From Leptogorgia sarmentosa (Eukaryota): 64,000 bases of DNA. Within the stretch, counting starts at the first letter, position 1. Each line of letters opens with the position of its first letter. Position numbers and translations under genes: made by a program. The stretch covers positions 682,001 through 746,000 of the forward strand of contig OZ210886.1 of assembly GCA_964658305.1 (NCBI GenBank), given 5' to 3'. This document shows, one piece after another, positions 41,001 through 51,233 of the stretch. Under the pieces are notes generated by a model, which saw only the letters and a list, made by a program, of their open reading frames with translations, was not told the origin of the DNA and searched no databases.

Positions 41001-44000
41001 AGGTACACAAATTTAAACTTCTGGTCTATATATACATTTCGCACTAAATGTAAATGTCAATTTGTATATTGCAAACCCTTTTCGTAAGATATTCACATGT
41101 TTAAAAACCAGTAACTTATGATTCTAAAAAAGTGACGCAACAAATCATAATTATGTGTTTTGGTTTTCAGCGTCAAGCTTACCTCACATACGTGTCTCAC
41201 GTGAAGAAATTTAACCGGAATGTTGAGGACGAAGGCCATAAGGTCAGGCCTGTTTTAAAACACAACACTGCAACTCACTGTGAACAATTTTTTAAAATCA
41301 ATATGCTCCTTCCCCTCCCTCCTCACTCATAGTTCCCGCTTTGTTACTGTACATCCTTTCATAAAATAAAGTCGGATGTTTGTCTTTTAGTCAAGGGTGG
41401 AGGAATCATTACAAGTGGCAAGAGAAGTATATAAGAAACAGAAAGCAGATAGAACCCCACCTCCAGGTAACAAAAAATATTTCACTAGAAAAGATTATTC
41501 ATTTCGCCATTTTAAACATTTTAATATATTTTTTAGCTCCAAGGGAAAAAGTTGCTCGTTCAATACTTTCTTGTCCCTCAGGTAAGGGTTAGGGTTAGGT
41601 GTGTGTGGGCCCCAACGGGTACAGTTGTGTAGTTGAAGATGTGAAAATGCATTGTTCTTTTTTAGGAGAAAAAAGTTTGCCTATATTATTATGTAATGTG
41701 CACTTAGATAATTTTATTAATTTCAGTTTTGCGTCACTTGCTGAAAAAAGCAGAGTTACTTGGATATGTCTCGCAACAGGTAATCTTTTTATGTGTACCA
41801 GCGGATTGTTCATTAGTTTCGATCAGCCAATTTCATTCATGTGGTGCCACAATTCACCTTACATCTTTCGCTTGGGTTTTTTTCTACTAAGGAGCCTCGT
41901 TACAAACCCTGTGATATTTCGTAATGTGTTTACACAAGATAGTTACGTTTGATCACTTGAACAAGGTTTGTTTGCGTAGTTTATACAGTGTACTTAACAG
42001 CTAATACTTTATTTCTTTAGTCTCAACTGACTGGTGCAAGTCGGAGAAAATGGCATATCCCTGCAGCGCTTACAGTGGAGTTTGTAAAGTATTTTCACGG
42101 TAGCTATTTACAAATATACTGTAGCTTTTGGTTCAGTGCATTGTTATCACTTTTCTCTTTTCAATTTCTATGTACGAAATCTATTTTATACAGAGCGTGG
42201 TAATCGAATGAAGAACATGAAAACGAGGCTAGAAGAGTTGACAAGTAATAATATAAAACTACAGGAACAAGAACAATTGTTGAGATCGAAATACGATCAG
42301 GTTTGGTTCACCTCAGTAAACTTTAATAACGATGTCGAAAGAGTCTTTTCATATCTCTGTCAAAATATGATTTACCCTCGTTGCATATTTGCAGTTGTCT
42401 CAAAGTACAAAGAAAGTCACGTCGCAATGTGAAACGGTGAAAAACAAATGTTTTGAACTACATAGTCTTCTTTGTAAAGTCGCAGGGAAGGTAACATCAT
42501 CTCACTCTTGACGTACAGTATATACAACCATACTGCAACTAATGCTTATGGTAGGGTCCGAAAGCTGGTAAATGGCAACATTTGCATATTCTTGCGTATT
42601 TCCAGAAGTTCGAGTTGCCCGACGTTTTGAAAGAAATCCAACATAGGAAGGATTATGTCCAGCCTCAAAAGGAATTAAAACTTAGTGTGTAAGTAGAACA
42701 AGGTTTTTCTAAGGTCTGAACCAACGAGGCGTTTCGTTTTCTGCTGTGTCCTTATACGATGCCATCAGCCTTGTACAATAATCTACAGTATATCAAGTCT
42801 GTTTTTGTATGTTCACAAACTTCATCGAAATAATATGTTTATCTATAGTTGCTCAAAATGTCAGAAAACAGAAAACCAACATTTAATGGTGGATTGTGAT
42901 ACATGTCACAGTTTTTACCATCTGGCTTGTGTTGACCCTCCTCTCACGAGAATGCCAAAGAAGTCGAGCAATTTGTTGTGGTAGGCTAATGTAACTACTT
43001 TTTACGACTCTTGTTACCCAGAATTTTAATCTATGATGAATGTACAGAGGACGGCCGAAGTGTACTTAGCAGTCTGATGGAGGATAACTATAGTTATGTT
43101 TCTTAGGCAATGTACAGAGTGTGACAGCAGCAGCAGTGAAGACGAAGACACAAAAATTGATCCAAATGATAACACATCGCTTTTAGAAAGTCGACAAAGA
43201 CGAAACATTAAAGAACCATCGAAATTTACTCCTGGGAAAGATGTGAGTACATTAGTGAGCAATGAATAACAACACATCAGGCAGACCTCCATAGAAGTGA
43301 ACCCTAAGAAGGAATGGGAACCAAATTATGATGGTTTAATATTTCATTAAATTCTATCTCAGCCTGACGAGAAAAAGAAAAGAAAACACAAACGTACGAA
43401 GAAGCAGCAAACTATGAAGCCTGCTAAATGCCAGAAAGTGGAGGAACATAGACCAGTGGTAGGTTAAGTTACACACAAGGGACAATTTTTGACAATTTGT
43501 ACGAAAAATTTCACAGGCAACATTTGTAGTTTTTTTTATCAAAGTTTTGCTTTAAAAATAGTAGAATTATAAATAGTACATAAATAATAATCGTTTCCCG
43601 TTTGCCATGCCTTTCCCCATAACAAGCCAAGTCTCAATGTGTGATTTACCTTGTCTGTTGTATAGCGGAAAGTTCGTGTTAAAAGAAAGAAGGTAGAAGA
43701 TGTAAGAAGTTCGTGTACAACATGTGGCAAAGCAGGGGACAATTCCAACCTTGTTAGGTAGTATTGTTGGCTCACTCCCACTCAATTCAATATAATAGAT
43801 AGTACATTTCGAGATAGTACATTTCCATTGTAGAATTAAAAGCTGTGCTTAAATTCCTTACATGCAGTTGATATCCAAGCTGATTTGGAAAGGATGCATC
43901 TCTATATGATCACCGAAGCTCCTTGTAAACCCTACAAGTTATTTTTCGTAGTATATCGTATGACACATCCATAATTTTTGCATGTGAATGATTCTGAACA

Positions 44001-44676
44001 TTTCTTACACTTTAGATGCGATGAATGCAAGAACTGTTTCCACTATGGTTGTCTTGATCCTCCTGCCAAGGTACAGTAAATATGCGCTATATGACGCGGA
44101 AACTAGAAAAAGGATTTGTCTTTAAAATCTTTTTTACCCGAAATATGAGCAATTAGTTCAAAAGCTTGACAGAATGTTCAACGTTGTTCTAATAAAATTG
44201 GTCTGGATAATTCACATCAAAGGCAATCAGAAACAAGATGATATATATGTATACATGGATTAACGTTGTTTAATTATTCATTTGAAATAACTCGTTTCTT
44301 TCTCTCCTATAGTCCAACCCAAAACCTAAAGGCTATTCATGGTACTGCAAGGATTGTGATGACACGGTGAGTTATTTTTTCCTTCTGCTGATTCGTGTAG
44401 GCCTGATTTTAGTTTCTGTGTAAAGTGAGCTTAGACTACAAAGGCAAAAACCAACCCTAGCCTTAACCCTATATATTGGCTGCCTGACAAATCCCAGTGA
44501 TTGTGCTTTCGGGACAAAGTTACATAAAAAATGACCCCATCGTATAGTATAATTGGTTTCTGTAATTTTCTTTTCTTTCAAAGCCTGATGAAGATAGTGA
44601 AGATGAAGATACAAAAGAAGAAGGGAGAAAAGAAAAAGAACCCGAAGCTCAGTCAACAACTAAACAAGAAGCTTAG
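38050..44676 (+). CDS. PHF14: PHD finger protein 14 (PZP module, coiled coil, two C-terminal PHD fingers); many exons
   Basis: N-terminal NKRRIKP plus acidic region; CGICL..IVECDNCGICVHESCYG; STEPWFCDAC; CELCPNLDGIFKET..WVHLVCALYTPGV; SRTGVCIGCDAGLCKTFFHASCAQKKGLL; PHD CDTCHSFYHLACVDPPLTRMPKK; last PHD FHYGCLDPP..WYCKDC; stop at 44674-44676. Confidence 0.93.
38473..38570 (-). repeat. Short dispersed repeat homologous to the flanks and unit of the BAZ2B-intron minisatellite
   Basis: Reverse complement aaaacacaatgctgagtcagcaa...tctcacatgtg...tttttaccagtgg matches 26737-26759 and 27091-27123. Confidence 0.75.
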
Positions 44677-45110
44677 AAGATTGATGATTCAGAGAAAAGC
44701 ATACAATGAAAGCGGAAAAAGCACTTGTTATTTTCTTTTTATTTCCTCTTCAAGCGTGATAAGAAAAAAACCAATTTTAGCATTGCCTAAATTCACCTTT
44801 TTAATAATTACGACACAAATGATCTCTTGGTCAGGTTCTTATTCTCATTAATTATAAGCCAACTAAGGCTAAAATAATGAGTGGTAGAAATGTGAAACAT
44901 GCACCACATGTTGGGGTTAGGATAAGCGTTAGGAGACTAAGGAGAGCTTTTATCGGCCTCTGACCTCCGCCCCTGAGCAAAATAAAAATATTGTCACCGT
45001 TATTTCCGGTTTCGTGTTTCAAACAGACACGTGTGAAATGTAGATGTAGTAAACAGATTTACAAGCGTATTGTAAACCTGGCCTGACTGTAAACAAGGTT
45101 GTTTTTCGAG

Positions 45111-46352
45111 ATGACGTTCACATATCGTGTGCTGCTAAAACCGAGTGACATTTGTTTTAAAAAGAAGCTACTGCCCTCTTCGTTTGATGATGGAATTCCC
45201 CTGCAGGAGACGCTACAACAACTTGCAAACGACGAAATTCTGCTTGAAGATCTGCCATGCATTGATGTTGTTTGGTGTCAGAAAAAGTGGGTTTGGTACA
45301 CACTAAATAACCGACGCTTGTGGGTGTTTCGTGAACTGGAGAAGCTTGGAAAATGCCAGTACATTGCAACGAGACGTGTGGAGACTACCGATCACGTAAG
45401 TGATTTTCTTGTGTACGGTTCTGCAGAGTTGATCGGCGAGAGTAATGTTGTTGAGTGGGATGAAGACGGCATTAGAATAACCCTCTCCAATGCTGATGGT
45501 AAGAAAGATACAACTCCTGGCAAAGAAATTGAAGAAACGAAACAAGTAAAGAAAATTGCTGAAGTTCGCCGAGATTGGCGAGAAATGACGCCTTTGACCG
45601 TAACAGTACGTTGGAACAAAGCAGAGAAAAGCGATGCAGAAGATGTAAGAATGGTGTCACCTAACCCAGATGTAAAGCCCAATAATGAGCAACATGATCA
45701 ACAAGAAGCACGTGAAATACACGCTGAAGGTGAAGAGAGCCAAAGAGAGCGTAAAGATTCTGGTTATTCTGCCTCATCCAGTGGCAGAACATCTCCTCGA
45801 GACCTCAGCGATGACGAGACAGAATATGAAACCGTGTTCAGTGAGGCGGGATTCTCTGAGGACAGTGAATCTAGATCTAGCAGTCGACGTTTCAGCAGAT
45901 TTGACCGTGACCGGCCATCCAGAAGCCACACTCCTGTAAACAAGACTGCCACGAGAACACCGTTGAATGCTCGCTCCTATTCCCTACCTCCACGCAAAGT
46001 TGCCAAATCTAGTAAGCGATCGAATAGAAAAAGTCGAAGAATACCACGTCAAAACGTTTCGCTCCCGCGGTCAGCTTTAAATGCCTCATTGTTCCGTCGA
46101 AGAGAAGCGTACGACCGCTCCATGCTTTTACTACATCACGGTGGAATGTCAAGATTAGAGCAGCTAGCTTTGAAAACAAGGCTGATGAATACTTGTGGCT
46201 TTTGTTTCAAAAATTTCAGAGCCGGAGTGAGTCTCTCGCAGCACATCGAAGAACTCAAACATTGGGCATGCACGCGTTGTGGAAAGTATTTTGAAAGCTA
46301 TACTGCACTGGGACAGCATATATTAGCTTTGGAGCACTGTAATGTTTATTAA
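45111..46352 (+). CDS. Intronless protein: N-terminal ParB/Sulfiredoxin-like domain, disordered Ser/Arg/acidic linker, two C-terminal C2H2 zinc fingers
   Basis: 413-codon ORF; LKPSDICF..F.DG..L.ETL..L...LPCIDVV..WYTLNNRRLWVF; CGFC-x12-HIEELKH and CTRC-x12-HILALEH. Confidence 0.8.
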   Translation: MTFTYRVLLKPSDICFKKKLLPSSFDDGIPLQETLQQLANDEILLEDLPCIDVVWCQKKWVWYTLNNRRLWVFRELEKLGKCQYIATRRVETTDHVSDFLVYGSAELIGESNVVEWDEDGIRITLSNADGKKDTTPGKEIEETKQVKKIAEVRRDWREMTPLTVTVRWNKAEKSDAEDVRMVSPNPDVKPNNEQHDQQEAREIHAEGEESQRERKDSGYSASSSGRTSPRDLSDDETEYETVFSEAGFSEDSESRSSSRRFSRFDRDRPSRSHTPVNKTATRTPLNARSYSLPPRKVAKSSKRSNRKSRRIPRQNVSLPRSALNASLFRRREAYDRSMLLLHHGGMSRLEQLALKTRLMNTCGFCFKNFRAGVSLSQHIEELKHWACTRCGKYFESYTALGQHILALEHCNVY

Positions 46353-46805
46353 ATTTTATGCAAATAGAGTGACAAACTATTTACTAAAAGTAAATTAAAG
46401 ACACTAAAATGACATCGAAATTGAATTATGTTGTGTTGCTGCATCAAATGGACAGCGTTTTGTTGGTTGAACTGTACGGACTGTAGTTTACATTTCATTG
46501 TAAATAATGTACTCAAAAAACGTTTTCGTTTTGAGGTGAAATAATATATTATTTGAGTGGACTTCCGATGGGAAAACAAAAACATTAATCAGTTGGGCGG
46601 GACCTAGGTCTAGGTGATAAGGTAAATAGATATGTAAGTAGGCAGTCTATATACAGGGTGTGTCAAAAAAGGCGGGGTCCTCACAAGAAGTCCAAACTTG
46701 CATTCTTTTGAAATTGCGATCTTTCGGCTACTTGATATACTTCATTTTATAAAATCCAAAATTAATATTTCGAAGCATCTAAACGAGCGCTTGTACTAAT
46801 ATTTA

Positions 46806-47960
46806 TTATTATACATTTAAAATTTATTCTCGTCCCTGATTGGTCAGAAAGCACCAGCTAATTCTCAGTATTCGGTATTTATTATATGGCTGACATAAAT
46901 GGCGCACGCTGATTGGTTGATTAGCGGTCCGGAAAAAGTCATCTTGCCCGCTCAGGAAAGTCATCTTGCCCGCTCAGGAAAGTCATCTTGCCCGCTCGTG
47001 AAACTATTATACAAATTAAATTTTTAAGGAAACTAAATCTTATTATGCCGTACGGTGACGTTGAAGAACACACTCCCCGATTGAATTTTGCTGTCCCAGA
47101 AAAACACACGATCCAAAATGCTGAGTTTTAAAGTGAAAATAACGGCGAACAAAACAACAGTTCGAAAACTGTTGCGAACATTGTTTTCACAGCACTTAAA
47201 TGGCTTCATTTCGCGTCGAACATTTGTTGTTTATCACAACATTTACATTATATTTTTTTATTCAATTTTTTCCTTTGTTGTATTTTTATTGTTTTGTTGT
47301 TGTACAGCAGTGAACGGCCAGAAACCGCCATTCAGTATGCCAGTGTATACGGCTGAACGTTTTAGCAGCGAAAGTGTTTTCTAGTTCTTTCTACAATGTC
47401 AGAACAAATTGCGATCGAACAAAGCCATATAATAAATCCCTTATTAACCTCGTTTGCTCGGTCTGTACGGGAAAGTATTGCCTTCGGTTTTTAACGCACA
47501 GACCTCGCTCCTTCGTCGCTCGGTCTGTACGAAAACCCTCAGGCAATACTTTCCCGTACAGACCTCGCACTCGGTTAATAAGTCCTTATTATTACGTATT
47601 TTCCGCCGATGACGTCATCAGCGTCCAATAATTATTTTTTTGGATCGAACTTGCATCCAAAAAAAAAATTATTGGACTCTCTCGTGCCCAAGCCCCAGCG
47701 CTGTCAAAAGCTTGAAGCTAAAAGCGCGCGAAAAATCAAACAAACAAACAATGGCCTGCAGCAGATTTGCTTCGCTGAATGAAAGTGAACTCTCTTTTAA
47801 ATGTATAATAAAACAATTATTGGATTCGGCTTTTCCATGATATCAAGAATTATTCAGACCTCGGTCAATGTTATCCGCCTCAGCTTCGCTTCGGCAGATA
47901 ACATTGACCTCGGTCTGAATAATTCTTGATATCATGCTCAGCCTCATCCAATAATTGTTT
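46806..47960 (+). mobile_element. Asymmetric-IR/hairpin element family A, split by insertion of family B copy 1
   Basis: ttattatacatttaaaa 46806-46822 is perfectly inverted at 47795-47811; ctgattgg at 46836-46843; 150-bp hairpin 47811-47960. Confidence 0.8.
46878..47590 (+). mobile_element. Asymmetric-IR/hairpin element family B, copy 1
   Basis: tttattatatggct 46878-46891 is inverted at 47423-47436; ctgattgg box; 3x 22-bp internal repeat; hairpin 47440-47582; near-identical second copy downstream. Confidence 0.88.
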
Positions 47961-49318
47961 ATTATATGGCTGACATAAATGGCGCACGCTGATTGGTTGA
48001 TTAGCGGTCCGGAAAAAGTCATCTTGCCCGCTCAGGAAAGTCATCTTGCCCGCTCGTGAAACTATTATACAAATTAAATTTTTAAGGAAACTAAATCTTA
48101 TTATGCCGTACGGTGACGTTGAAGAACACTCCCCGATTGAATTTTGCTGTCCCAGAAAAACACACGATCCAAAATGCTGAGTTTTAAAGTGAAAATAACG
48201 GCGAACAAAACAACAGTTCGAAAACTGTTGCGAACATTGTTTTCACAGCACTTAAATGGCTTCATTTCGCATCGAACATTTGTTGTTTATCACGACATTT
48301 ACATTATATTTTTTTATTCAATTTTTTCCTTTGTTGTATTTTTATTGTTTTGTTGTTGTACAGCAGTGAACGGCCAGAAACCGCCATTCAGTATGCCAGT
48401 GCATACGGCTGAACGTTTCAGCATCGAAAGTGTTTTCTAGTTCTTTCTACAATGTCCATAGGTAGCCCAACGCACGCATGACGTAGTATTCATTAGTATA
48501 GTATTATAAGGTTGGCAAGTAAACAATAACATGACTCGCTACCGCTTAAAACAAGGCGAAAAAATCAACCTCTTGCGGACAAACTTCGCTAAAAAATAGC
48601 AGCCCCTGCTTCTAGGATAGTATTACTAAATATGTACAACGTTTTTTTGCAACAAAATGTGTGAAAAAGTCGAAAAAATACGAAAAGTTTCTCTTAATTT
48701 GCCGTGTCTCGATGCTGGATGCCTGTTGCCGTGCAAAAATTGCCGTTTGAAATAACGAATACGCGATCCTATTGGTGGGCTGTTATGTCGGTTTATTTAT
48801 AACCAATAGGATCGCGTATTCGTTATTTCAAACGGCAATTTTTGCACGGCAACAGGCATCCAGCATCGAGACACGGCAAATTGAAAGAAACTTTTCGTAT
48901 TTTTTCGACTTTTTCACACGTTTTGTTGCCTGAAAACGTTGTACATATTTAGTAATACTATTCTAGAAGCAGGGGCTGCTATTTTTTAGCGAAGTTTGTC
49001 CGCAAGAGGTTGATTTTTTCGCCTTGTTTTAAGCGGTAGCGAGTCATGTTATTGTTTACTTGCCAACCTTATAATACTATACCAATGAATACTACGTCAT
49101 GCGTGCGTTGGGCTACCTATGCAATGTCAGAACAAATTGCGATCGAACAAAGCCATATAATAAATCCCTTATTAACCTCGTTTGCTCCGTCTGTACGGGA
49201 AAGTATTGCCTTCAGTTTTTAACGCACAGACCTCGCTCCTTCGTCGCTCGGTCTGTACGAAAACCCTCAGGCAATACTTTCCCGTACAGACCTCGCACTC
49301 GGTTAATAAGTCCTTAAT
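47958..49318 (+). mobile_element. Family B, copy 2 (interrupted by a foldback element)
   Basis: Near-identical to 46878-47590 but with 2 instead of 3 internal 22-bp repeats; split at caatgtc. Confidence 0.88.
48457..49121. mobile_element. Foldback MITE, 665 bp, ~320-bp arms, 7-bp TSD (P-superfamily-like)
   Basis: Termini CATAGG...CCTATG; arms 48457-48776 and 48802-49121; TSD caatgtc at 48450-48456 and 49122-49128; the empty site is seen in B copy 1 (47394-47400). Confidence 0.92.
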
Positions 49319-49529
49319 ATTATAGTTTACGACGACTCCGTTTTTAATATATTTTTGGTATAGGTAATATGACTGGAATATATACCGACATACCACGTGA
49401 AGCACGGTTGGGGGGGGGGGGCAGACGGGGGGGAGGAGAGGGAAATGCGAATTAATGGCGCGAAAATTTTCAAAAAAACAAAACCAACAAGAGTCAAAAA
49501 CAATGAGGTTGTTGTTGTGAAGTCACAAA

Positions 49530-50912
49530 ATGCAGCATGCTGACGGTGAAAAATGGCCTGTTATTGTACATTCTTCACTTCAGAATACCGATGTTTTCAC
49601 ACTACTAAACACAATTCACAAAGTTCGAGGTATTTTGAATATATTGTCTGTTGTGTGTGTTGTGATACTTCGATTACATTTTCTGCATTCTTGCTGTGTT
49701 TTTAGTTTCTGGAAGAACAAATGAAAACTCGGTGATTTTTCCGAAGTCTGCAGTGGCTTTCCTGATATTGGCCATTCGTGATATTTCATCGCAAAAAGAT
49801 CGTTTCGCCCTGGAGGAAAAAATTGTCGAAAGGTAGGAGCTATACAGATAACAGAATATTGTCAATTTCACTGCAATATAGCTGATACGGTCCATTCAAC
49901 TGCACTGTGTAATGAAAGGACAGTATAATAACATATGTATATTTTTGCTATTAGAGTTTCTAACTTCGGTCAAGTTCATAAAAATGGTTTCATTTTGACG
50001 ACATCAGCTTTGATAGAAGAAAATCACCTTGCATTATTATCAATTCTACAAGAAAGGTAACTGATCAAAAAACGGGTCATTCGTATATATAAAAAATTCT
50101 GTCTGTAGATTGTTTTAAAAATGTGTTTTAAAATACTCGACATTTTAAGCCGTAATAAAAAATTACTGACACGATCGTAACTCGTTCGATACAATTCAAG
50201 ATCTTGGCCTAAGTAAGTTGGCCTAATTCATTGATTTACTACTTTTATAGATTTTACACCTTCCAGTTAACTTACTATCCTGCTCATAACCACAAAGAAT
50301 GTGTATCATTTATGTTGCATATTGCTAAGGTAGACTTATAACAGATTATCAGGGTGGGGGAGGGGGGGGGGGGGGTGAGAATGAGGATTTGAGAATGAGA
50401 AGGTGTGCATAATGCAACATTTAAGGATGTACCAGCAGTTCGCATTTTGTTCGCATTAATTTCATGTCGAAAGAACGTAAATTATTAGGATCATTGCAGT
50501 TAAAAAGTTCTTTTCAGGTAACATCGAAACCAACGTCGACATTATTGAAAACAAGATTAAGTAATCTAGTCTCATTCTCAACATCTGAAGAAGTAGTTTT
50601 AAATATTCTATCAGTAATTGGAATCAGCTGCCACGGTATCCTTTTATGCAGTCCGCTATAGTAAGTCTGGTAAGAAATACAGCAAGTTGTCATTTATCAA
50701 ACGTGTTGTAAGAAGTCCTATGATTGAAAGGACCGTCCATATTTTATACTAAAATTGTCATAATGAACCTTAATTCATTTAAAGATTGCTTTGTATTGCA
50801 TCAAGGTTGTCACAGTCTTTCAAATATTGCCCAAGCTTCTATAAAACAACTTATGGACTGCAGTTTGGATGAAAAAACGGCCAGGAAAGTTTACAACTTT
50901 TTTCATAACTAA
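49530..50912 (+). CDS. SPO16: SPO16/SCRE (C1orf146) meiotic ERCC1-like ZMM factor
   Basis: Exons 49530-49629, 49706-49832, 49955-50056, 50251-50329, 50518-50635, 50785-50912 give W.VIVHSSL..HKVR..NSVIFPKSAVAFL..F.QVHKNGFIL..LQERF..PAHN..IAKVTSKP, matching the recalled C1orf146 motif order. Confidence 0.85.
50636..50784 (+). other. U12-type (minor spliceosome) GT-AG intron
   Basis: 5' site GTATCCTTT; branch-like ACCTTAAT about 10 nt before AAAG; no polypyrimidine tract; reading frame is preserved. Confidence 0.8.
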
Positions 50913-51233
50913 ACGTCTAATTGAAACTTTTCGTGAGTAGAGAGGGACTTGTTGGTAATCACCTGTAAATTTTCTGTTACGTTTCAGCATCAAGCACTTT
51001 ACTATTAATCACAATAAATTAGAAAAATAACTACAATGTTTATTTACAATCAATTTACATTTCCTTTTTCTGCCCTTAACAAATACAATTACATTGTAAT
51101 TAAATATACTTTATTTATACAGTTACATTAGAAATGAAATATGTGTTCTGAATAAAATCATTCTTGATTTCTGATGATGTGCAAAATAAGGCATGTTCTC
51201 CATTCCTCCCTGAAGAACCTGTTTTCCTGGCGT

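Noticed and set aside
46935..46999. 22-bp direct repeats (and the 27-bp array at 26765) as a CRISPR array
   Set aside because: Head-to-tail repeats without unique spacers, no cas genes, eukaryotic context.
47088..48440. Duplicated 98-aa ORFs (MLSQKNTRSK...)
   Set aside because: Non-ATG ORFs inside two copies of a non-coding repeat; no transposase motifs.
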